From Balanoglossus misakiensis (Eukaryota; Animalia; Hemichordata): a DNA stretch of 64,000 bases. Made by a program: the position numbers and the translations under genes. The DNA is taken from positions 7,548,844-7,612,843 of the forward strand of contig CM082588.2 in assembly GCA_040954595.2 (NCBI GenBank). Direction: 5' to 3'. This document shows positions 24,942-37,894 of this stretch, in pieces; within the stretch, counting starts at the first letter, position 1; every line of letters starts with the position of its first letter. Below the pieces are notes generated by a model. It did not search any database and was not told where the DNA came from. It saw only the letters and a list, made by a program, of their open reading frames with translations.

Positions 24942-27900
24942 TTATAAGATAACTTCTTCGATGTCATCATCAAAATCATCGACAGCATTAACTGTGGGTT
25001 TGGACGAAGCAAACACGGCATTTGAATCTCGTGGTCGCCGCGGTAACAGTTTATCGTCGCCATCTCCATCGTCATGGAAACCAGATCTCCTCCCAGTTTT
25101 GGCCACGTTAACGTCCTTCTCCCACGGGTACGCGTCTTTGTCGGCCACCGGCTTGGCTTTGGTTGCCGCGGTGAAGATGTTGTCGCCTAGCGACGCTTTC
25201 GCCGGTTTGTCTGTCGGCTGCGGGTCGCCGAACAGATTTGACATTAAGTCCGATTTCTTCTGAGGCGGGGAAGTTTTCCTCTCGGGGGTCGTAGCCGGGC
25301 TGCCCTCGGTCAGATACGACCAATCGCTTTTAGGTTTCCCTTTCTGTTTCTCCGCGCGTCTGCCGAACGACGGCGCATAGCTGCCAAATTCCAGACTATC
25401 GTCTTCTTCCTCTTCTTCCACTCTCTTCTTCTTCTTTCCCGAGTGACTTCCGTCGACGGGATGCGACGGAACACCGTGGTGCAGATTCTCGACCGGATCG
25501 CTGAAGTTGTAATGTTTCGCCGATTTGGCGGATGCGGGGCTCGGGTTTTTCCCCGAATCGATCTCTCGCATTTTGGCCAACAGTAAATCTTTCTTGCGGC
25601 GTTCCTCGTCCACTTCATGGTGCTTTTTAGCCAGCTCTCTCTCCTCCTCTTCTCTCCGTTCTCTTTCTCTCCTCTCTGAAAAATCACGAGACAACGAACG
25701 TTCACTGGAATGTACTGTTGGGATTGGAAGGTACTAAGTTGACTGTGACAGAAAACACAGCAATCCAAACAAACACAGCACATAAATCAAATGATTGAAT
25801 GTTAATTAACCGTAAAGGCAGATGAGTTTCAAATGACATCACTATGTCCACCCCTTTTGACAGTATGAGCGAAATCAGCCATTTGCGTGACCCCTGGATG
25901 ACTTTACTTACATCCAGGCATTTTCATTGTATATGATATATACAGGATTGTACCAATCAACTGTAGTTGTCGACTTGTTACATGAATTGCTACTTTTACT
26001 CACCAAAAAGTTTCAATGATCACACCCCAATGAAATTATGCTTGAAGGTCATGCAGGGGTCATGAAAGTGGCAAATAAGAACCAAAATCTAGAACACTTG
26101 TCATTTTGAGAAATTTGAAGTTTCAAGCCTTTTCTCCTTCATTCTTAAAATGTGTGACAAATTGAAACATATGACAGTGACATAATAGTACAAATGTAGT
26201 CTCAATAAAAGTCAATGCTCATCTTGTGACATTGAAGAAAATAGAAGTAAAATATATCATATACACATATGTGTGTGTGGGTTTGTTTGTTTATTTGTGT
26301 ATGTGTATGTACCGGGTACATGTATGTATGTGTGTGTGCATACATGCGTGTATTTGTGTCACAGTGTGTGTGTGTGTGTGTGTGTATGTTGTCTGTGTGT
26401 TGTACTTGTATGGGTAACTAAGCCCATCACACATTAAAATTGAAATTTACAGAACTGTAGGTATAAACTGTAGGGGAATTGAAACAAACGAAAGAATTGA
26501 GGTTATTGCTTTTACATGAAAAGGACAGCAGCTGCTGTTAAATGCTAGCAATGGTTGTGCTGTAGGCATGGCTGATGAAGCAAAGTCAGCCAGCGCATTG
26601 ATGCAACACAGGAGAGAGAAAAAAAAGAAACACAGCAACCGTCACACCATGATGTGATGAAAATCACCCAAAAAGAAACACAACCAAAGGGTGAAAAAAA
26701 AGGCCAAATCATTAACCAAACTAGTGATACGATGAAAAGTGTGGTCAATTCTACATGTAGATTTGAAATGACTATGTTATTACCAAAAAATAAATCGCAA
26801 ACTGTTATATGAACACCACAGATAATTTTTTCTAAAGAAGATTTACCCTCGGTTATAAATATTGCTTTAGATGATTCTTGATCTGGTGAAACTTTAGCGA
26901 CACTCTCTGTGATATTTACAGCTGATTTTGATGTTGATGAAGTGGTTGTAACCAGGCCCTCTCTTACAAAGTTCGGTTTGTGTGTTTTGTGTTCGGGTGA
27001 GTTGGCAGCGAGGCCTGTTTTGCTTTGTTTATCTGGTGCTGTTGTTGTTATGGCAACTATATCGTTTGTGTGTTTTTTAACATTATCGCTATGAAAGCTA
27101 TCAGCAGTGACTGTACCGTGCACATTTTTGCCACCGCCACCCAATCTGGACCTGCCACCAGCCAAATGCACGCCTTGACTTGATCTCGCTGCGTCTTTGC
27201 GAAACGTAGACATTGGCGGTTTGAATGTCACGGTCGAGGAGGGGTCCTTACTAGAAGCGTGTAATGGTTTAGAGCTAGACGAATCAAAACTTGGCTTGTA
27301 GCTAGTCTCCTGTTCGGGTTCATGTCGTCCCCTAGTACGCTCTGACGGAGCCTGACTCTGATTGGCTGAACTAATACTACTAAAACTATTTGGGAAAGTC
27401 GGTTTAAAACCTGAAAATGCAGCATGCAAGGGAAGAGAGAGAGAGAAAAAAAAATACAAGTACAGTTAAATACGCATTCCATGCAGTTAGAATCTAGCTG
27501 TCGAACAAAAAAATTGCAGAGTGCGCAAAAAGCTACAAATGAACAAAAATTGCAAAAGTGAACATATCATTCTCAGTATGGAACAGAAAACTGACCAGTT
27601 TCATTTCTGTCTAGTGAAAATATTAACTGAAAGAAATCAGTGAATCACGTAAAATTATTTTGAACTCAGCTATAGATTCAAAATGTGCAACACATGAAAG
27701 AACCAACACAATGGAGAAATTTAAGTTCAGATTTTTTTTCTTCAGTAAAATTCAGACGTGTTCCTTCACTCAATAAATCTGGAGAAATTACAGAATGCAT
27801 CAAGCAGTACAAAGTGCCTTGTGCATTTAATTTGATGAGATTGTTTGAGTTGGTTATTTTATTTTGTGTCACCTGTCGGTAGTGAAGGTTACAATACAGG

Positions 27901-30369
27901 AAACTCAAAACCTCAAAGAATGACTTGACTTAATAAAGTTTGATTTACATACTGCCATGTGCCAAAAGACAGGCTTGACAAACTGTATAATATCTACAAC
28001 TGTTAAAAAAATAGCTGAAGTTTCTTGTAGGCAAAATGATGAATCCAATACTCCAAGGGGTTGCTGTACAGATCTGTATTCAGTACACAGTGTGAACATT
28101 GATGTGTACCACTGCTGTATTTTTATACTAGGATTGTTTCTCATTAATTGTACAGACATGAAATTGAAATTTCTTAGCACCAGTCCCGTATCTATTTCCT
28201 TATATTACGTAAACAAAAACTTTCCACGGATTTTTGTTGTCATTATACCATAGAAGACACACAATAATATTGCGATTCATGTATCCCATGACAACTATCA
28301 AATTAATTAATTGGATTACTGAGTTAGTATATGTTGGTCAGTAAAGCATTGCTGGGCTGTGCAAAGAAGGTCATTAATGCTGTGCACAGGATTTGATCAC
28401 ATCAACTCTCTGAAATTAAGCCCTGAACACACCCTTGATTTGCATATTCAAATTGCATGTAAATGAGCAAACAAAACTGGTGCTGAACAGTCCACACAGT
28501 TCTATAAAACAACATCAGTGCTAAACAAACAAACAAACAAACAAACAAATAAATAAATAAATAAATAAACAGATAAACAAACAAACATACCAGCTTCCTC
28601 TTTTTCCTTTCTCTCCTTTTCTTCTCTTGCTTTTCTTTCTCGTTCCTCTTTTTCTCTCTGTTCCCGAAGCTCCCTCTCTCGTCTCTCTCTCTCTTGTCTT
28701 TCTCGTTCTTGTTTCTTCTTCTCCTGAAAAGTCGACCGATAATGCCACAAATTTAATCATTTCATAAAAAACACTGAATTAAACGAAAATGTCTCAAATG
28801 TACCCTTGTAAGCTCACCATCACAGCAAACAAAAATACTCTGCCAAACTGTTAAGTGTAAACTAGAAAAGGGTAGGAAATTTAACACATGCATGTGTGAA
28901 CACATACCAAACTCTTAACCCATTCACCCCCATTTCTCTTTATAGTGGTCCAACTTTACCATAAACAACAATGGATTTGGACCAAACCATGGTGATGAAA
29001 GGGTTAAATCTCTAGCTCCCACCTTACATCTTAAGAACTCTTACTCTAATCACACAGAATCACACAAGTATAATTAGACGTTTTCTAAATGCCAATACAA
29101 AAGTCACTGCAAATTCATTTTAATGCAAACTGGACAGAAATAGTGTAGCATAGCATTACTGAGGAAGGGGAAACCACACTTGAGTCAGAGAGAGAGGAAT
29201 TACCAATGTGTATAGAAATGATCCTCTGGGGTGTTTACTGCTTTTTTCTCTTGGCTAGAAAACAAATATCACTGTTATATGACCAATGCTATAGCGGACT
29301 TGACACATTCTATAGCGATTTTTTCTGGTCTGGTAAATGTTATTCTTAAGTTAATCCTAAATTTGAAATGACTCCTGCTTAACGGTTGAACTATCTTTTC
29401 CTTGGAACAAATGACAACTGACTTATCACATGTCAGATTTAGAGTCTAATTAATTTGACCCATGACTCCAGTATATAGGGATAGAACCCACAAAGCGCCA
29501 ACTCTCCACCCCACCCCCACCACACATAGTGGTTTCCGCATATTACATGTACCAGAAGGTTAATAACTTCAAATGCATGTAGCACAGAGGCAGAATTATT
29601 CACAACAGCAACGTGTCAATGACTGAATGGACGCTGAGAAAAAACCCAATGAATTATTCAATCAAAGATTATCCACAGCACATGCATTAGTACTAGTACT
29701 AGTGTACTGACAGGCATGATGCAGTTTATTTTTTCTGAATTATTCCTATCAAATTAATCATGCTCAAGCAAATTTTCATCTCCAAACTTACCATTGCAAG
29801 TCGTTCTTCTTCTTCTCTTTTCCTCTGTTCATCAGTATCTCTCTGCGCGCTCATGTCGAATTCTCTGAGAATCCTCTCCGCTTCCTCTTTCCGTCTCCGC
29901 TCTTCCTCGTCCATTTCCTGCATCTTTCTCTCCTCCTTCTCCCTGTCAAAGCTACTCTCCCTCGCCGGCTCCTCCTCCTCTTCCTCCTCGGCGACCTCCT
30001 CCTCCTCTTTTTCCTCAATCAACTTATTATCGATCTGAGTTGCTGCGGGAGCTGGTTTGTCGTCCTCTGACAAGTCCACAGCCTGCACTGCCTTGTTGGC
30101 TGTTTTGACTTTGCGCGGGGTGGGGTGGGGTGTGGCACTTACACTGTTGCTGAGTCTGGTGGATGCTCCTTTTGTTCGATTACTGTAAATGTTTCGAACT
30201 TCTAACTCTTTTTCTCTTTCCTAAAAATGAAAATCAAAGCAAGGTAGTTGAAGTAAATTGTACAGACACACTGACAGATGACGGTGACGATGATGATGAT
30301 GATGATGATAATGATGATATGATAATGACGTTGATAATGATAATGATGATGATGATAAATGACAACGAC

Positions 30370-30405
<36 letters not shown>

Positions 30406-30441
30406 AATGATGACGATGATGATGATGATGATGATGATAAC

Positions 30442-30476
<35 letters not shown>

Positions 30477-30603
30477 CGACAACGAAGACGATGATGATGA
30501 TGATGATGATGATAATGATGACGATGATGATGATGATGATGATAATGATAATGATGACGATGATGATGATGATGACAATGTTGATGATGACGACAACGAC
30601 GAC

Positions 30604-30654
<51 letters not shown>

Positions 30655-33600
30655 GATGATGATGATGATAAAATGTGATAGTAGACTTTAATCAACTTAC
30701 CTTCAGTGTAATTCTCATTTTATCATATTCATGTTGAAGATGTTGCAACTGACCCTCATTTTCTTTCTGTTTAACTCTTAGATCAATACTTTCTACTCTA
30801 TGATTCTTCTTTAAGTTTTCAATATACCTTTCCAAATCCTGTGGAGATAAGAACATTGTGTTAGCAGTGGTTAAGTCACAAACCAATAAAAGCTATCAGA
30901 ATAGGATATATTATATACTGTAAAACACTTTATTTTCGCGAGTTAAAATTTTCGTGATATCGAGAGAGGCCACTGTTTCGCGAGTATTAATTTTCGTGTT
31001 CTCTTATTTCATTCACTGCATCGTTATCTTCACACACAAAATTTACGCGACTTTTTATTTTCACGCTATTTGGGCTCTCGCGTATTTCGCGAAAATTTAT
31101 TGCTCGCGAAAATAAAGTGTTTTACAGTATTTATTCTATCATGTATGCTCTTAGGCTCTCACTTACAACAGAAATTCAAGATGGCTGCAAATCTGTGTGT
31201 AATTTAAAAAGTACCGATAGTTTTTTATGAAAACAACATAGTCAAACTATGATTTCTTCTTTATTTTCAAAGGGTTTTCCCACACACTTTAAAATATATG
31301 CAGCCCAGAATTAAAATGTTTGAATGATTGTCATTTTTCTAAACATCTGTCCTTGGGGAGAGTGCTACTGCTAGCTTTTAAATGCATTTTTCATGTGAGT
31401 TATATGAAGGAAATAATGGAAAATTTTATTAAAAGAACAGCATAATGGCCCTACTCAGTTTTCACGTCATGTGTATTCTCCAAAGCAATACCTCAATGCC
31501 TACATTATACTGAGACTGCATTAATTCACATTAAATCTGAGAAAATTAAACTGTTACGGACAGAAAAAGCTTTTGTGATTATGAGGTCGGAATTAACATA
31601 CCCTATCAATTGAGATATTGAAAAGCTTTCACAACAGATGATATGTCACACATGAAACACTTGACATACGTCATTTAATCCAAAGTGTTTTGCACGTTTA
31701 AGAAAAATCAATACCATCACACCCCTTTCAGCAGAATTCATACTAGGCAAACAAATTTTATATGATCGAATATAATGACCATTGCAATTACAGATTTGTG
31801 CATAAAAATCAATTTTTTGCACAGATTTTTGTTAGAGGTTTAATGTACTGTATTTCCTATTTTTAAATGTCTTTTTCATAAATTTGAGAATTATTTCTCT
31901 TTTCAGAATGGTTGTTCATCACACACAAAACCATTCTTACTATTTTACATGAACACAAATGTAAATTCACTAAGATATATGGACATATAATATACTAAAT
32001 TGATTTGCTCAATTCTTGGCATGTAAACACTGAGTTTTGCCATACATTTACATATTAATTTCTCACTTACATGTACATTGTATTTGTCACTGTTTTATGA
32101 AATCTCTGTATTTGTGCAATTTTGGTGTGTTTATGATTTAGATATTTAAAAAAAATGTTGAAAAATCTAGCAGTACTGTTGGAAATGTGAGTCTTCACAC
32201 CCCAAGTATACAACTGCCTTTGTACAATTGTCAAGTACTGCTGTATTCAATAATATGCCTCATTTAGCAATGATCGACAAACAACTTGTGCATTGTGTGG
32301 GGGTCAAAGTTGAACACAAAACCATTTGAAGTGAACGGTTCCATCCTGAATTGAGTAGTTCCGCCTTGACAACACTATTCCAATTGCACTGATGAATTGC
32401 TAATCTTTTGAAAAGAAAAACACTTCGCACTTAATACCTTATAACCTTATACACACCTGATATATGGTACGGCCATCATTGTGAATTTAAACAAACATAA
32501 TTTTCAAAATCATTGAGCCAATTTGAGGATTTCTAGAAATTTATGTGAGTCACCAGTGACTTTGTTGAGACAGTAGCTCACAATGGAATGAAAGCATCCA
32601 AAATAAAAAAATATATCAGTACAGTCAAGATTAATCCTTTTCACACCATCATGGACCAGCTGCTGTTTTTCATATGAAAATCACTGAAAACACAAAACGG
32701 ATAATTTATGGACTTACTAGAACTCGTTTGTCTTTCCTATCCAATTCCTCTTGAGTTTCTTGAAGTTTGTGATCTAATTCGTCTCTTTCCAACAAGTTCC
32801 TTTCTCTGGCGATCGCTTTCAATCGTTTCAGTGAATGTCGTGTTTTCGCCAATTCATCGTCTTTATCCCGCAACCTCCTTTCCTTGTCCGAATTATCACT
32901 TTTATATTTGTGCACAAGTTTCTGTAAATGTTCCAGCTCGCTGTTATGTCGCGATAGGAGATCCCCGAGATCATTCTGTTGCCCTTCGTACTTATCGATG
33001 GCGCGTTCCTGTTTGCGCTGCAAGGTCCTCAGAAGTTTGTTTTCCCGAATCACTTCGTCGTAATCGTGTTTAAGCTCTCCGAGTTCATTTTTAAGTCTGC
33101 TGATTGAGTGAAGTCGGGCCGAGAGCATTCGCTTAGCAACCACATCCACGGATTCTCTGGGCGACATTTTGGATCCTTGGCTGTGTGACCGTCCTTTGCC
33201 AGTTTTTCGGCCTGTTCCTAAAAAAAATGTAGAAGTTAAAATTAGTAAAAATTTCTTAAAATCATACCACGGCATGGAAATGATCCATCTCTGATAAAAT
33301 ATTTTGTCATTATTAAGATAGTTTTCAAGGTATGGAAGTTTGATACTGACCATAAACATTTCACAATAATGTGAAAATTTGGGCAAACAAAATATAACAG
33401 AAATGAGAATGACCCTTATAATATAGCAATGCGCTTAACCAGTCGAAAAATCCAACCACTGCAAACCCAAACATTATAATTACAAAATCAGGAAATACAA
33501 TTTTAAAGCTATTACCATGCCAACATCAATGTTTCAAGCATGACCATGCAAATTATGTTTTATGAAGCCACACCATGGGTCCAAGCATGTTGGAAGTTTA

Positions 33601-36600
33601 ATGCATGCAAATACACTTCATATTGGCCAAAATGGTGGCGAAACTCTATGTACATGTATATGAACTGAATTTACTCATTTTCATGCGATGTGGATGAAGC
33701 CAACTTCATGCAAAATGTCATATTCTGAGATTGCTCTGTCAATTGCAAGGTGTGGTCAATGTAGCATAGACAGAGCAAATTTTCATCAACCAATCACCAA
33801 TCCTTACTTGATTACATTATGGATGTACTGTGTGGGTGAAATGATGTCCAGTTACTGCAGTCAAACTTGGTGTTTTACACAATAAAGCCCCTAAAGATGC
33901 CAAATTTCACATATTTTTTTCCACAATAAAATACTTCAAATCTATTCCCTATCCTTTAAAATCCTCACCATTAAGCCATATTACTTGCATTTGCATCAGT
34001 TTGTCATCTCTTGGCGACGCATACCACGATAGCTGCGTACTGTTTGTATGGAGGCTGATGAAATCAGTGTGGCACCGTTTTAATACATAGCGTGTTCAAA
34101 TTGCAACATGCAGTCACAATCGGGCATCGATAAGGTGTTCATGTATACCTATGAGTAAACTTATTTAGATGGACCAATTTTGATGGAAAAACAAGAATCC
34201 TTCAATGAATCTATTTTCACTTTAATATGAATGGTGATAATGGCTGACATGATAAAATGATTAAATTTTTATCTTATCATCAATACAGTACTATGGTTTT
34301 ATTATGACCTTTCTTTAAATTTTCTTGATTGATTTTAATCTATTATTAATGCAGGCAGAATTTTTCCCCCGTATGTACCAAGCATTGATAGCAAAAATCA
34401 TTGATGCATGCTTGTAAATAATTATCACACATGAATAATCTGTAGCTAAACACAGACCACATGTAACCAGGCCATGAGTGGAATGTACTTTGGTTTAATA
34501 GTTGAGATAAGCAATGAGTTAAAATGTAATTGAAAAGGATGTGACTTTTGAAAATAAAACTAATTCACCTTTCTTCTTGTGATCTGGTTGGTACACATCT
34601 AAATACTTTTTATCTGATTGAGAAGCTAAGAAAGAAAGTAAAATTAAGTTTCTGTCTACACAGCAAAGCAGTACAACCAAATGGCTAAGTTGTTAAGTTT
34701 TTACAACTACACTCTAAAATACTAACTGATGATAGGACTTCTGTCAAATACATGAATATAAATTTGCATGTATGTCACTTGTAATGTCTGATTCTATGAA
34801 TATAATCTCCCAAAAACTGTTAAATACTTTTAATGTACAATAAATTCCGTAAGAGTGTTCTTTGTCTGGCAACTCAAAATCTTGGCAAGAAATTTTCTCT
34901 CACCCAGGAAATTCACTTTTTTCATATTTAGTACTTATACTAAGCAAAAAGGGTATTAATCCAAAAGAGAGCCTGATTTAGCTGACTAACTAGAGTTCAA
35001 AAAAGAGACTTGTAGTAGCTGCTTGTCTATAAACCAATCTGAAAACTAACAACAAATCCTAAATTCACCTCGTCTTCTACGGTAGGGTTTCTGAATTCTA
35101 ACATACTTTCTACTTGACCTAACAGCTAAGAAAAAAAGAAAAAAACAATGTAAACAAAAGTACTTTCAATTTAGACTACTGTATTCTTCATTTGACAAAC
35201 AGACAACAGCTACTGGGTTTATAAACTGCTACTAGAATTTACATTGAAATCTATTATTACCAAAATATTTGTTACATCTTTTGAATTGAAATCAATTCAC
35301 TGCTGTATATGTGTTGCCCTACCTGCCTTACTGGTAGACAAAGACTGTCAATGATTACTTGTACCGAATAAGCTGAATTTGTTAACCTACTACTTGTCAA
35401 TGCTGTATCAGATTTAATATCAGATGATGACAGATGACTGACATGATCTTTACATACAATGTATACCCTATTGTCTTTGTACAATATGGCATATCATTAT
35501 CAGGACAGTCATACTGGTCAATAAATATTCTCTTAGCCCTTTAAAGGGACAAAGTCTCTCTCTCACTGCCCGTTTTCCATTAATTATGTTTGATACAAGA
35601 CACCGTTTATAGTATTCTACATGTGAATATATAGTGAATGAACATTCAACCACACACAACTTCCATCCCGCTTGTATTATATGAGAGTAAAAACTCGCCC
35701 AAATTGAATAAATGGTAGAGACCGATTATTCATTTTGGCGAATAAGTGTCTACAAGTGGGATGGAAGGTGTGCGTGGTCGAATGTTGATTCACTATATAT
35801 CCACCTGTAAATTAACATAAACGGTGTCTTGTATCAAACGTAATTAGTGGAAAAATGTGCAGCCAGAGAGAGACTTTGTCCCTTTAAAGAGGAACGACAC
35901 CCACAATTTTGGGCTTCAAAGTCCAAACCGGGTGTCAAAAACGGCAACGTTCCGATGGGTTAATTCACTTTCACTTCCTGCGCAAGCAGAAGACGCGAGT
36001 TGAAAATACTACAGTGACGTCAGCAACTTGCGTTGCAGTCGACGCGCAGGGCTCTTACACGTTCGACGTGTCATTTCCAATAAACAGACACATTTTGCGC
36101 GGATCTGACATGGCGAAATGTCAAGTTCATGACTTTAAAAACATATTCGGAAAATCGACGGGGATAAGTTTCTTTCAACGGCAATGCTCTACGTGTATTG
36201 TATTTGTCGATGCGTGCAGACATAGACCCTGCAATGTCCAAGATGCCATGCATGTCGACGTTTATGAACAAACCGTAAGGCCTATACAAAGTTGTTCTAA
36301 CTGCCGCTGATAATAATAAACGTACCGTTTTAAATCCTTCCTGCACATTTTTTGGTACACGTATTTGGGTTTAATTTCCATTTATTGACGATCGCATAGT
36401 TATCAAATGAAAGCAACTAAAAAGGGCAGTTTTAATACATTTCAAGAGACGAAACATGCATAGAATAACTGTGGTATTGGCTTCCATTATACTACGGACG
36501 TACTACACCTGGAGAGCAAGACGATGCACCTTCGTTCTCTTTAACTCCATAAAAGGTGACAAAGTATTTTTGTAAGAAAAGTGGTTCGAAAAGGTGACAA

Positions 36601-37894
36601 CGAGGGAGAGACAACAAGGGAGTTTCACCCATGGAGTGTCTATGGTTTCACTGAAACCACACCAAGTGTAAGCCTTGACAAACGGGACACATCGGAGATC
36701 AGAACTGCATGACCTTTTGTCCTCTGTAAAATTCAGTCGCTTGGTCGTAGAAGGGAATCTCTGGTTCAAAATTGTAGCCTACTACCCGAGAATATGTTGC
36801 CATGCTAACGTCGTCGGTCGCGTGAGTGCAGGCGTGTATAAGCATAGGCTCGCTCCAACGCGTCGGCAGCGGACAACAGTTGCTGACGTCACTCACTTCC
36901 GGGTTCGCGCAGTTTTTGGCTGGCTGTAGCTCTGTTATGCGTAAGTGAAAGTGAATGAAACCAACGTTTTTCATAGTACTTTTTAATCGCATTTCGCAGA
37001 ATTGGCTCAAAAACGGATCACAACGTTCCACTTTAAGGTTTGCTGCAGATCTGTAGCCATGTCACTTCCTCAACTGTTTGTATTAGGGATTCAGTGGTTG
37101 GGCTGCAGATCCATAGCAACCCTTGAATGTGATCATGGTGAGTGTCCTGCTATGGCTGCAGTGTCATCCAACGCCATACCTGCATAATGTAGCTGGACAC
37201 TACAGGAGGGCCAATTCCCTAGAAGCTGCAATGATTGTAGCAGGTGCTGCAAGGTTGATGCCTAGCACAGTGTAGCAGCTCCGCAACAATCATTGCAGCT
37301 AAACTCCCTCCTGTGTAAACTGGAGGATGCAAATGACCAGTTATCACCTGGGTGATATGATGCCACATCACTGGAATCCACTGCATTCTTGGATGCCACG
37401 TACAACTCACCTTTGGGTCGGTAACCTGATCTTCCATGGCCACTGGTTGTAGAATAAGTGCTGGACCCACCACTATAAACACGTCGCATCGTATTCGTTT
37501 TCGATGATCCAAATTTCCCCCCGCCTCTCCGTGGACTGCGTTTGTCGTAATCTGAATCAGACTCAAAATCATCATCTGAGTAACTTTCATAATGATCATC
37601 CTTAGTGTGAGATTTCACATCACTGTAACCCGAGTACCCTCTTGATTGACTATCATAACTGTGTCTTCGATTATTTTTGGAGTGATGTGCCATTTTGTGA
37701 GATCTCCTCGCGGACGGTTTTGGTGATACTGTAGGCGATTCTGTAGGAGAGCGTTGCCCAGATCCCGAGATGTTGAGACTTGGTGAGTAATCCCGACGTA
37801 CGGGGGTGGTGTTTCCGCGGTCGTACTCGCCTTTCAACGGCTTCGGTTCCGTGTCGAAGAAGCTGTCGGTGTCATCGTAGTTGTTTGATGACAT
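24942..37894 (-). CDS. LCA5: Lebercilin (LCA5/LCA5L family ciliary coiled-coil protein)
   Basis: Exons 37894-37411, [35125-35069], [34625-34569], 33217-32718, 30838-30701, 30220-29792, 28723-28591, [27410-26847], 25675-24942; bracketed exons are symmetric phase 1-1. Motifs RMLSARLHSISRLKNEL, ENKLLRTLQRKQERAIDKYE, EREKELEVRNIYSNR, KKDLLLAKMREID, YAPSFG, DDIEEVIL*. Confidence 0.92.
26847..27410 (-). CDS. LCA5 candidate 564-nt Ser/Thr-rich cassette exon
   Basis: ttttcag|GT TTT AAA ... ACC GAG G|gtaaat; 188 codons, phase 1-1, inside ORF 26545..27459. Confidence 0.65.
28523..28586. repeat. (AAAC)n/(AAAT)n microsatellite just downstream of an LCA5 donor site
   Basis: Seen directly. Confidence 0.85.
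30278..30670. repeat. Long imperfect (GAT)n microsatellite in an LCA5 intron
   Basis: About 390 bp of GAT/GAC/AAT triplets filling most of intron 30221-30700; source of spurious poly-D/S/M ORFs. Confidence 0.97.
30916..31129. mobile_element. TA-flanked Tc1/mariner-like MITE (family F), second copy
   Basis: Long TIRs, TA flanks, high similarity to 16999-17209. Confidence 0.8.
34569..34625 (-). CDS. LCA5 57-nt micro-exon B, (A)SQSDKKYLDVYQPDHKKK(G)
   Basis: Same length, phase and flanks (cttag|CT ... G|gtgaat) as micro-exon A; open in frame. Confidence 0.7.
35069..35125 (-). CDS. LCA5 57-nt micro-exon A, (A)VRSSRKYVRIQKPYRRRR(G)
   Basis: Polypyrimidine tract + cttag|CT ... G|gtgaat; phase 1-1, open in frame with the flanking exons. 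Confidence 0.7.
35541..35887. mobile_element. Kolobok-like palindromic MITE family A, copy 4
   Basis: TTAA-flanked, same TIRs and interior; lies in an LCA5 intron. Confidence 0.85.
35888..37032. mobile_element. Internally deleted Kolobok-like transposon (family D) with THAP-domain remnant
   Basis: TTAA|AGAGGAACG ... CGTTCCACT|TTAA; subterminal inverted repeats TTCACTTTCACTT and GTGACGTCAGCAACT; CpG-rich; ATG 36110 reads MAKCQVHDFKNIFGKSTGISFFQ (THAP-like N-terminus). Confidence 0.65.

Noticed and set aside
30163-30695. Poly-Asp, poly-Ser and poly-Met ORFs
   Set aside because: Translations of the intronic (GAT)n microsatellite; flanking LCA5 exons splice around it in phase.
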